A model generated the notes under the pieces. The model did no database searches, had not been told where the DNA came from, and was given only the letters and a program-made list of their open reading frames with translations. Shown in pieces: positions 1 through 10,812 of a stretch of 64,000 nucleotides of DNA; position 1 is the stretch's first letter; each line of letters opens with the position of its first letter. Source of the stretch: Vitrella brassicaformis CCMP3155 (lineage: Eukaryota > Protista > Chromerida); contig CDMY01000425.1 of assembly GCA_001179505.1 (NCBI GenBank), forward strand, positions 15,010 to 79,009, in the 5' to 3' direction. The position numbers and the translations under genes were made by a program.

Positions 1-42
1 CCACCGGGGTGGCTGATGTGCGGTCATTTCGCACTAGCGTAC

Positions 43-1323
43 CTGCTTCGTGGAACTTGGCGTTGCCCGCATCTGCTCGGTAGGTGTCGAAGCCCTCAGC
101 CATGACGAACTCCACCGGCAGGGAAGACCTCTCTGCCAGCTGCTCAGTAAGGTCCTCCAGACCTACGCACGCACACGACATCAATCCATCACACGATAAG
201 CCGACCTCTCTTCTGCACTGTCCTCCTTCCCACACCTGACCTGTGGAATCGAATTGCTTGTCGGGATGATGAGAGGCCAGCACTGCAGAAGCAGACGACA
301 AGAGCCCCCTGCTTCTGTGTCCGTCTTACCTCTGTGTTTCTGCATACGTTTTGTGTCGTAGGTGGTCGGCAGGAGGGCTGCCTTGGCCTTCTTGAAAGCC
401 GCCGCACCGTCCGGCAGCGGCGCCTCCATCCGGTGATACAGGAACAGGAGGTCGTAGAGGCCATTGTGGACCACGACCGGCTTTCTCGACTTACATATCA
501 TCTTCCACACACGCCGGAGGCCCACCTGCTCACGGAATACCTTCCTCTTGGCCGCCTTGTCGCGCTCCTCCCTCTCCTGTTTCTCCTCCACGGTCAGGTT
601 GAGCACCACCCTCTGTGGAATCCACCTGCTCTTGCCGGGGCGGGTTTCGACGATGAGATGCGGGAATCTTGCCTCGATGGTCTCGCGCACAGCCCGAGCT
701 AAGAATGTGTTACAGTTGGGGAGGACAAGCTCCTTGGCGCCGCTCTGCAGCATGGCACCCACGCTCTCCATGACGTTCGCCAGGTAGCTGATGTCGTCCT
801 GTCTGGTGAGTTCGATCTTGTGCTGCGGCCTGCCGGGCATGTCAAGAGGGTCTAGTTGCTGCGGTGTTGGGAAGAGTGACTCGGCGAGATTTCTCTCGCC
901 GGCAGCGTCGAGGTACGAGATGCCCTTGCTCATCCAGCGGCCGAAGTCAAATGAATGGGATCGCAGAAAGTCCATCGAGGACGAATCGATAAGAAGCTGC
1001 TGGGAGAAGCTGTCATTGTGGGCCCGGGGGAAGCAATAGAAGTTGAAGGGCCGCACTTCATATGTGCGCTTGCCGCTGCCACTGCTGTCTTGACCCTCCG
1101 CGAACAGACAGACGCCCCACTGTGCGATTCCGTACTGAGATGCGACTTTCTGCATCTTGCCGTAACGCACATCTGGAGTGTCGCTGGCTGAGATCTTGGT
1201 AAAGGGGTTGCTGTTGAGAGTGATGCCTGTCATCTCGAGGTCAATGGCGATGAAGGCCGCCGATGGAACTGCTGCTTCGAACATACACATGGCCTCCTCG
1301 GCGTTGTCGGTATCAACATTCAT
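43..1323 (-). CDS. PARN: PARN/PNLDC1-like poly(A)-specific ribonuclease (CAF1/DEDDh family); 3' end runs off the window
   Basis: ORF 181..1323 has IAIDLEMTG (D-x-E), PFNFYCFP, SSMDFL..HSFDF, VHNGLYDLLFLY and DTK. A GT-AG intron at 329..163 joins an exon at 162..43 ending in KFHEAG, followed by another GT donor. Confidence 0.88.
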
Positions 1324-1436
1324 GGCTGAAAGAACAGAAGGTGTCTACAGACACAAACAGGCACAAGATGCGTTGACAGATCTATGTGGAAAGCACGGGG
1401 AAAGCACAACGGAGAAGGCGGAATATGGGTCGCGGA

Positions 1437-1444
1437 TGCGAGCT
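1437..1444. promoter_or_regulatory. TGCGAGCT motif about 114 bp upstream of the PARN-like start codon
   Basis: Exact 8-mer; the same motif recurs in other 5' flanks in this window. Confidence 0.45.
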
Positions 1445-1670
1445 TGATTGGTGTGGATCGAGATCTCCGTTGAGGTGTGCATCGGGCCCGACCAAGTTGA
1501 CATGCAGGACCATCTGCACTGTGTTTGACCCACGAAGCGCCAAGAGAAGCTGAGAGTTCGGCGGCGTACTCGCCGGTGATGGCAGGGCGCAAAGCGTCAC
1601 ACATGTGCACAGCGGATAGCCCTTGTTCAGAATCTACATCCCTTATTTGTCCATGAATGCACGTCACGTC

Positions 1671-4600
1671 CTATAAAGACGAAATGAGTCCAAAGCACTG
1701 CCTGCCGGGACTGAGAGTTTCTTCCAGACACGTGTCGTCCCACACAGCCTCCACATAGTTCAGCGCCTGAGACAAGCTGCTCTGCAATGCGGGATCGCCC
1801 GTCTGACACGAAACATCCATGTAATCACGTTTGCCTATGTCTATGTCTATGTATCTCTCTCTCTCCGTGTGCGTGTGTCTTTGTCGCTACCTGATTGGAA
1901 GCATCGGCCCCCCAGCACATGCCTGTCTGTGAGCTGGTCAGGGCACAAACGTGGTGCCGCCCACACGACAGCGTCGAAAGAGAATAGCTGTCACGCGACC
2001 GCTTTGCCTGAAAGACATGCAGAAAGAGACACGACCAGGTGGTGGTAAGGCCATGTCTCACCCACACACCCGCCCATGCACGCACCTTTATCGTCCCCGT
2101 TGTGCCGTCGACGGCAAGCCAGTTCACCTTTTCGCTGAGCCCCGCGGCAGAAGCATCCCCGGTACCACTTCCCGTCTCTACCTCTGATACATCCATGCAC
2201 CTCGCAGACGCCCACACACCGCTTGTCGGCCCCATATCGTTCTCGGCCACGCACTCGGCGTTCTGTCCGGGTGTGCTGGCCACTATGTATGCCGCGGTGC
2301 ATGTTTTGGTGGGCGAGTAGCACGAGCATGTGGCAAGGAATGACGGGGCGGGGTAGACGTTGCTGCAGCGGGTGGATGTCTGCGCCAGGCCGCCAGAGAA
2401 GGTCGACTGCACGTTGGACGAGGAGGCTCTATAGACAGTGCTGTTGAAGTTTAGACACCTGAATCAACAAACACAGCACACGACAAACATAGAGAGAGAC
2501 ATCAGCTTGCCATTCCCTCTGCCTACAGTGCTTGCGCATAGACGCCCGTGCCGTTGTTCTTGTTATATGCAGCGCACGTATCGCCGGCAGCCCTCGGTCC
2601 CAGACAGTTGGCTGCTGACGTGCTGGAGTAGCAGAAGCAGCCGGCGAGCGTGAAACCGGCCGTGGTGTTGCAGCTGACCTGCACTCCGCTGCCGAACAAA
2701 GTCGAGCTGAGCCCACTCACCTCGGAGGTCTGATCGAGAAGGGCGTTAGACGCAAACTCCACACATCGGGCCTGACAACCATAGACATACAGAGAGAGAG
2801 AGAGAGAGAGAGACCTATCCACGTGCGGCCACGTACACACGAGGCCAGTCCACCTCTGTGTGTACCTGTGCTTCGACGGTCTGTCCGTCCTCGCCGTTAA
2901 TGGCAATGCAGCTCTGGGTGGCCACAACGACTCTGGTGCCGTCACATGCGCCGCCCGCTGAAGGGCGACAGCCGCACCCCACCAGCACTTGCCCAGCAGG
3001 ACAGTCCGCACTCGCCTCGTCGCCCACATTAGTCCCAGATGGACCATCCCATTGCACACTCACCGACAGGGCCTTCATAAAGGAGACAAAGAAATGGTAA
3101 CTTGTGTGTCGGCATTGTCCATTGTCGTGTGCTGCTTACGAATGTGCCGGAGTCAGCTTGTGACGGGTAATCCATGTTGAGAAAGGACAGCTGCCGCACA
3201 TCACTCGACGCCCCTCCCCGTCCCGCCCCCTCATGAGACCCCTCCACCCACAGCACCTCCCTCCCTAGCCTCCTTCGCGACACCATCATGCCACCATTGT
3301 CCCCACCGCCAGCTGCATGAGCCGCCTTAAGTCGTCCCGCCGTCTCGTCCATCTGCTGCAGCCGTCTGCTGGGCGTTGAAATAGATCGATCGCCGAAGTT
3401 GAAGCAGTCGAGGAGGCTATAGTAGTCGGACGTGGCCTGCCGCTCGAGACACGTCTGAGTGTCGGTATCGTTGGCATCCTCGATCGTGAGGAACTCTGAG
3501 GGGGCCTGCGCCATGTCCAGGACGAAGGGCGTCCAGAAGTTGTCGTCAACGGCTGGGCTGACAGGGGTGTAGCGATCGATGAAGAACGTGCCGCTAGTGT
3601 TGGTCCGGTACACAGACAGAGAGGCGTCGGCCACTGTGAACCCACCTGACGACCTGCACGAATGCACGAAAGACACGGACAGTGACTATTGAGTCGTTCA
3701 TTGAGTCACTCACGTGGTCCAGAGGTGTATGAATGGCCTGAGGAAGCAGGAGGACGTGTTGCCGGCCGGGCTCTGCGAACAAGCGGCGGTGTCGTCCTCC
3801 TGCACCACTATCACCTCAGGCCCATAGGAGTTGGTGTCGTCGCGAAGCAAACCGGCACGAACCAGACGCCCCTGGATGTTCAAATCGCGGATGCTGCATG
3901 ACGTAATGCGACGAGACGCCAGCACTCACTGTGACGGGGACAGCACGATCTCTTTCGTCTCTTCGTGTGACTCACATGGCCTTGTCGCTCGCCTCGTTGG
4001 TGTCATCGATGAGCAGCCGGATGTAGCGAGCCGTGCGAGTGGGCGTGCTCATGGTGTGCGTCGATACCAACTGTCACACACAAAGGAAACATGCAGGTGT
4101 CTCATGAGGTTGATTGAGTGCACGGATGTCACTTACCGTGCCGGCGGGGTTGGCAGTGACGGGATCGATGAGGTCGTGCCACCAGTCGGTGTCGTTGTTG
4201 CGGACCTGAATGGTGTAGTTCCTGCGGGCATTGTGATGCATGACAGACACATGAACAATGGGACACTCATTTCCCTGCGCTTCACCTGATTGAGTTCGCG
4301 CCGCCTGTGCCACTTTCGATTTCGACACTCTCGATGGAGTAGAACCTGCCAGCAACATGCACACGACATTGCACTGCACGAGACACACACACAGTGTTCG
4401 CAAAGAGCCTGCTGACGCCTGCAGGTCCACTTCAAGTGTGTGCGGCGGCGAGGTGTCGCTTTCCCAGTAAGTGTTGGTGGGGTCTCCGTCAATGGCCTTG
4501 TTGGCGTCCCCTGTTGCGCTGTTCGCCGTGATTGTCACACCACTATTCTCCTCCAGGTCTCCCAGAGAATCTGTCAATCCAGACACAAATCGAGCCGTCG

Positions 4601-7600
4601 CAATGCATTGTCCTCTGTGCCTTTCTCACGGACCTCCGAAGTCGACACATGCTTTATTGTGCCAGGCGGTCCAGCAGGCCATGTCGGTGGCCACGTGGAG
4701 GTCCATGTCCAGGACGTTGGAGCCCCACTCGAGCAGCAGCACCGTGTAGCTCAGCGGCGACCCCGCTGTCATGGTCACGTCAGGCACCAGATTCACGTCA
4801 GCCGTTCCTGTCCCTCGCGCAATGTCCACGTCACTCTGACACACATACATGTAGTGTGATGTCTCTCTTTCTGTCGCTTCGGTTTTGCTCCCTGGGTGGT
4901 GCTACCGTGATGGTGAAGGTGTGTGGGACGTAGCCGGTGGCTGATGCCTCCAGCGACGTGGCGCTGGTGGCGATCGACACGCTGTAGGTGCCGAAAGCGT
5001 CAGTCGACGTCGCTGCGTGAATCAATGACAAATGCGTTTGTGCGGCCGTGGAGGTGGAGGTGAGAGAGACCACCGACTTACCGTTTACCGATGCCCCCGC
5101 GATTGGGTAGTGCGTGAGGGCGTCCCGGACAAAGCCTTCTACAGTGATTGTGGTCGACGCCGTCACATCGTCGCAGGCGTCGGTCTCCAGGAAAATCTCA
5201 AAACGGTCCTGCACGCACCCCACAACATCCACCCACACATATACATAATGCAGATACACACACATCTCTCCCGCCCTCCATCTTACAGTGAAGGTGTTGT
5301 TGGAGATCCTGATGTTGACACTCCCAGTGCCAGAGAGCGACGCCACGCTGCCAAAAGCCCTCACAGCGTCACTGGCTTCCCGTGTGAGGAAGGCAAACAC
5401 CGGAGTGTTGCCGGTCACCCCCGTCAGCGTGCCCGCCTCTACAATGGTGCCGTCGATCGAGTGCTGACCCTTGGGTATGGCCAGCCAGCCGACGGTCTCT
5501 GTGGTGGGGTGGGGGGGCTGCAGGTCGATGCCGCCGCCCTCGAGCGCCACACGGAAGCTGATGTGCTCGGTGATGGCGGTCGTGGGGGAGGCTTGGCGGG
5601 TCTTGACGAAGTTGGGAGACACGTAGGATTGCACCTGCACGTATTGATGTATCCAAGCATCAGACAGAGAGGCAGCATGGCAAGGGACGGTGGGTTGATC
5701 TGAACGGCTTACTTGTGTGATGACGACGATGGATGAGCTGTAGGAGGAGTTGAAGGGTATGGGGAAGGTGACGGAGTGGAAAGCCCCCCCGCTGATGCTG
5801 ACCGTGCCAACCTACCCGTCACAACACAAGACCCAGCATCCACCACCAATCCACCTGACGTCAAGTACCTGGAAAGGCACCCCGGCGTCTGTGTGGTATG
5901 CGCCCTCCTCCAGCGCCAGGAAGGGCAGCACCTCAGGCGGATGCTCGTCGTCACGACAACTAGGCTACACGCACAAAAGAGGTGTGATGCATGCGTCCGT
6001 CCAAGCATGTGCGTCGTGTCTCATCCACCACCGTGTACGTGCGTGTATACCTCCTGCAGAGTGAGGTCGAAGCGCCACACAGACCCAGTGCCATCATAGC
6101 GGGGCGGCTGGATGCGCACCACCACATTGTTGGGACCATAGTACGTCGGGATACCTGTGCATTCGGCTACATGGATGCAGCCCCCTTGCCCTCTTGGCTG
6201 CCTCACCGCCGAATATCACAGGCCTGGTGAACGGCTCTGAGAGATCGATGGTCTTCCACCGGGACGTGGAGGTGATGGCGTCTGTGGTCCGCACGCCGAA
6301 CTCGCCCACGTCTACAGCGGCGTGTGCGAGATCGACATTGAGCGACGCCCCTGCCACTGATGACTTGCCCCAGCAGTCCACTCGCCTGCACACACACGCA
6401 TCCGTCCGTCCATCGTCCATGTATATGTCCAACACGGCACGTGGTTTGACCTGCCGTTGTATTGGAGGCCGCAGGAGAAGAGGGCACCTGCGCACATCTG
6501 CATACATAAACAGGTGAGGGGGACGCATTGACAGACAGGCATCAACAATTTATGTCTCTCTGTGTCGCTCACTCACAGTGGAGTATCCCCGGTCCGAGGG
6601 CGTCTGCGACACCTGCCCATGAGCATCCAGACCCCAACACCGCACGCTACCATCGGACACCAACCCACACGTGTGCCACCCCTTCATAGACACATCTGTG
6701 TAGTGGTATCCTGCACACACATACACACACACATATACACGAAGACACCGAAAGCCATCTAAAGTTCCCACCTGGCGCCAGTGTGGCGGGTGTGGTCTGG
6801 TGGTAGGTGCTGCTGCCGGTGCAAGCCACCGTCCCGTTGTCCATCACCTCACAACCATGGAACGCACCCGTCCGTTCAGGGACCGCACTGAACTCAAACA
6901 GCTCCACATTCTTAACCATCACCGATGCGTCCACGCCGCCCCCACTGTCGGGTGGGTCGGCATTATAGTATCTGTTGGCCGCATAGATGCCGGTGCGTGC
7001 CAGGGATGGCATGCTAGTGTTGCTGAAGAGGATCGGCTCGCCAAGCAGTGTCCATGGCCGATAGGAGTTGATGCGGTAGTAGCCTGCGCGTGTTTGTGAA
7101 GGGGACAGACAGATGCATGGATGGCGATGATGACATAAAGGGTGTATATGTGAGTGTTTCATGTCTCATGCATACTCGTGGTGGATCATTGTGTGGACTG
7201 ACCGCTGAAAAAGAGTCGGCTCCTCACCACTGCACGCACATACGACGCAAACACCAGCCACACGCCCAAATATGAAATCTTCCGCGTATTGGCGACTTTC
7301 TCGTCGCTCGCCTCTCACGTACGCCTCAGGTCGACGGCGTAGAAGTCCGACAGGTCCAATGTCCTCGTCAGCACCGCAGGAATCGAATCAAATGCTTGGG
7401 ACTGCTTAAGCGAGTTGGCCATACTGACCTCCACTGTCGACGTGTCGTTGTTGACCCGCGCCTCGATATAAAAGAAATGCTTCCGGGGCACCGAATCGAC
7501 CGCCGCATCTGCCGCAAAGAGGCCCGCCGCGAGAGTTGACAGTTCTGGTCGGAATTGTAGCGTGGCCAAGAGTGACCAGAGAGCTGAGCCTGATGGGTTG

Positions 7601-8139
7601 GGGCCGAGGTCGGTTGTCAGCTCGATGGCCGTGTTGGCCTCGGGGGAGCTCTCCTTCATCCAATCCGGGATTGTCAGCTCGGTCTCGCAGATGCTTCCGG
7701 GGCTGGTGGGGTTCATCCCTGCAGTATTCCTCGCCACAAATGACCCGAGGTCACAGGTGGGTTTGACGATCAGGAAGCCGATAGAGACAGGCGGGACAGG
7801 CGGGCTACCGGTCTCGTAATAGCAGACTCGGAACTCCCCAAGTGCTGTGACAGTGACGCCATCAAATTCCAGAGAATCACCCACGGCCGCGACGGAACCG
7901 CCGATAGTTACGGCGGGGTCGTTGGCGGGCGAGGGGGCGGGGCAGGGGAGATGTGAGCGGAGGATACATAGCTGTGAGGACGGAGTGCCAGGAGTGAGCC
8001 CCAAGCCACGAACGGTAATGGTGCCAGCCGCGCTCTGTGTGAGGATGAATTGGTGAGAGCGCGAGGGATAGTCAGATGCGCACAGCGGGAGAAGAACAGC
8101 AACCAGAATGAGAGAGGCAAGCATCTTCGTAATCGCCAT
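1671..8139 (-). CDS. Large multi-exon secreted mosaic protein: signal peptide, RCC1-like repeats, H-type-lectin-like region, carboxypeptidase-regulatory-like Ig fold, YfaP/DUF2135-like domain with inserted F5/8C, three PCSK9-CTD-like Cys modules
   Basis: Starts MAITKMLASLILVAVLLPLCAS. Successive GT-AG-bounded exons encode HTCGLVSDGSVRCWG, FTRPVIFGG/NNVVVRIQ, VEGFVRDALTHYPIAGASV, LEWGSNVLDMDLHV, KAIDGDPTNTYWES, DDTNSYGPE, CxxGxxLxGCxC modules and CGRHHVCALTSSQTGMCWG. Last exon ends at a TAG at 1671-1673. Confidence 0.72.
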
Positions 8140-8339
8140 TGCTGCGTGGTCGCGCGGAAGAAGTTGAAATTGACGCGTCTCATGCAGTCTCTGCCCCCCA
8201 GTGCAATTGCCCCAGTGGCCCACAATTGGTTAGGGCGTCGTTCCCTTTTGTAGTGCATTCACGCTTCCATTCAAGCCATAGATGATTCTTCCTTCCCTCT
8301 ACGCTTCGTAGGCATCATTTCCTCCAGATTTGACTAAGC

Positions 8340-10510
8340 ATGTCGGACCCTGAAGTGCCATCAGCCCCCGTGTCGGTTGTTCGAAGACCGGAGCCATCAG
8401 CCCCGCCCACACAGCCGCCGACACAGGAGTAAGCACAACAGCATGTCATCGGGCGGCTCAAACAGCGCAAGTTGTTGGGATGCTGGCTTTGTTTGCAATG
8501 ACATGTCAGATTGAAGGCTCCCTTCGCCCATCGAGGTCGGTCGACGCTTCTCGTTTGCCTCACCATGTGGCTGGCGGGATGTGACGATCACCTGCTGCCG
8601 GCGTCCTTCAGAGCACTGGTAAGTCGTCCACAGCAAGATTTTTTTGCATCATTATCGCCTGTTCTGCAATGATCTGTGCTTCCGATACACCATCCATGTA
8701 GGAGTCGGACTTAAAGATGCATCCAACGAAGCTGGCGCTGCTGTCCTTCTCCCAGGCCCTCTTCTTCGCTCTGTCTCTGCCGTTCTGGGGCATCTCAGCT
8801 GACCGGTCCCCACGCAACGCCGTGCTGGGCATCGGCTGCATTATGTGGGGCATCATGACCTGCATCTTCGCCTCCTCGTCTGCCTTCGTCCTCATGTTCA
8901 TCATACGAGCGCTCAACGGCATCGCTCTGGGCAGCGTGCCGCCTGTTGGTACGTCCGCTGGCGCAACGGGGGATGGGATTTGATGGTGGATTGGTGTCTT
9001 TGCTATTGATTCAGGCCAGTCCCTTCTGGCCGACATGTATGGCGAGAACGAGAGAGGTATGGCGTTTGGCTGGGCCCACTCTGCCGCGAGTCTCGGCCGG
9101 CTGGTCGGCGGCGTGACCACCACCACTATCTCGAACAGGATATATTTCAAGATACATGTACGGGAGTGAGGCAATGCATCCTGCTTGTCTGCCAGTCTGC
9201 TGCATAGAGTCGATGATGTCCTCTTGCGCAGGGTTGGCGGCTCGCCTTCTTTGCCGTTGGGCTGCTGTCTCTGGCCATGGGAATTGCAATATGGTTCCTC
9301 CTGGAGGAGACGCAGTGGCACAAGCACCCAGCCCTGAGGAAGAGACGGCGGATGGGCTCATTCAACTCGCGCACCACGCCCCCCTTGTCGAGACGGCAGT
9401 CGGTGCTGGAGTCGTTTGCTGAGGTCATGAACACGGAAGGGGACACATTTACGGGATTCGCCAGATACCTCCGGGTGCCCAGCGTGCTCCTCTTGCTATC
9501 ACAGGTTAGGAAAGAAATGCTTCCAGACCTGCCAGCCTGCCTTTGTCACGTGCTCCCCTTTCTCTTGATCCATTGACAGGGGATCTTCGGCAACATTCCA
9601 TGGTCAGCCTTTGCCTTTCTCACGATGTATATCCAATACTGCGGTGTGCCCGACCGGATTGCCGCTCTTTGTATGTCCGGCGGGCTGCTGGCGGCCGCAT
9701 GCGGCGGCTTCATCGCAGGCCCCATCGGCGATCGCCTTTACTCGTGGTCAGAGGACCACGGCAGGCAGTACGTCGCCCAGCTGGGTGTGCTCATCAAGGT
9801 GCCTCTCATCACGCTGTTCTTCACCCTGCCCCGCGAGCCATCGTCGGCGCCTTACTTCATCTTGCTCACTATCCCCATCGGCTTCTCCACTGCATTTGTC
9901 GGCTCGGCTGCCATTCAGCCAATCTTGGCGACACTGGTCGAGACACGATTCAGGGGAACAATTTTCTCCTTGGTCAGTCACGCGTGCGGGGGTAAATGAA
10001 CGCAGTGGCCATCCGTCCTCTTACCTTTTTTCTGTCGCTGCAGGTCGGTGCATGTGATGTGGCTGTGGGGGCTTTGCTGGGTGCGCCACTGGTTGCGTTT
10101 CTATCCGAATACGTCTTCGGGTGAGAGCCTGGGAGATGGTAGAAAAGATACCCCAACGCACATGCTCCCCCCTTCTCCCCCCTTCTCTTCGCTCCTTGTG
10201 CAGCTATGTCCCTACCGATCAGAAAGTATGGGAGATGTCCGACGAGTTTCGACTCCAGAACGCCGGGTGCCTCGCCCAGGCCTTGCTGTGCACCACGGCC
10301 ATCCCCTGGAGTATCTGTTTCTTGATCTTCTCGGGGCTGCACATGACGGTGCCGCGAGACAGGAAAAAACTGCAGGAGACAAGGGCGGCGCGGTTCGCCG
10401 AGGCCAATGGCAAGGCTGGGGATGCGGAAGCCGCTGAGGGCGAGACGTTCACCAGTCCCGAAGTGAGATGGATGCGACCGAGTGAGCGGACACCACTTGT
10501 GCGGAGATGA
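8340..10510 (+). CDS. Spinster-like major facilitator superfamily transporter (paralog A), multi-exon
   Basis: Exons encode AGCDDHLLPASFRAL, ADRSPRNAVLGIGC, RALNGIALG, GWRLAF, GIFGNIPW, GPIGDRL and LGAPLV..SEYVFG, with many transmembrane segments. Confidence 0.85.
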
Positions 10511-10812
10511 GAGGTGCAGATGGGGGTGTGGGTGTGTCGGTGGGTCGGTGAATAAATGGGGGGTGTCCATCTTGATAACGCGAGGTCATTGACATGCGTG
10601 CATATTGCTCATCTGATCTCGTGGATCTGTTCACTCATCAGATGGACACTTTTTCCCTAACGTTCACACGCCCTACAGACCATCAATCACCATGTCGTCA
10701 AACCAAAACCAGACACAATCAATCCTCACCCCACCACCAGAGACGCCAACAGCCCTACTCCCTATGCACATGATCATCACTCGCTGACGTGACGCCCTAT
10801 CGACTCGACTCT

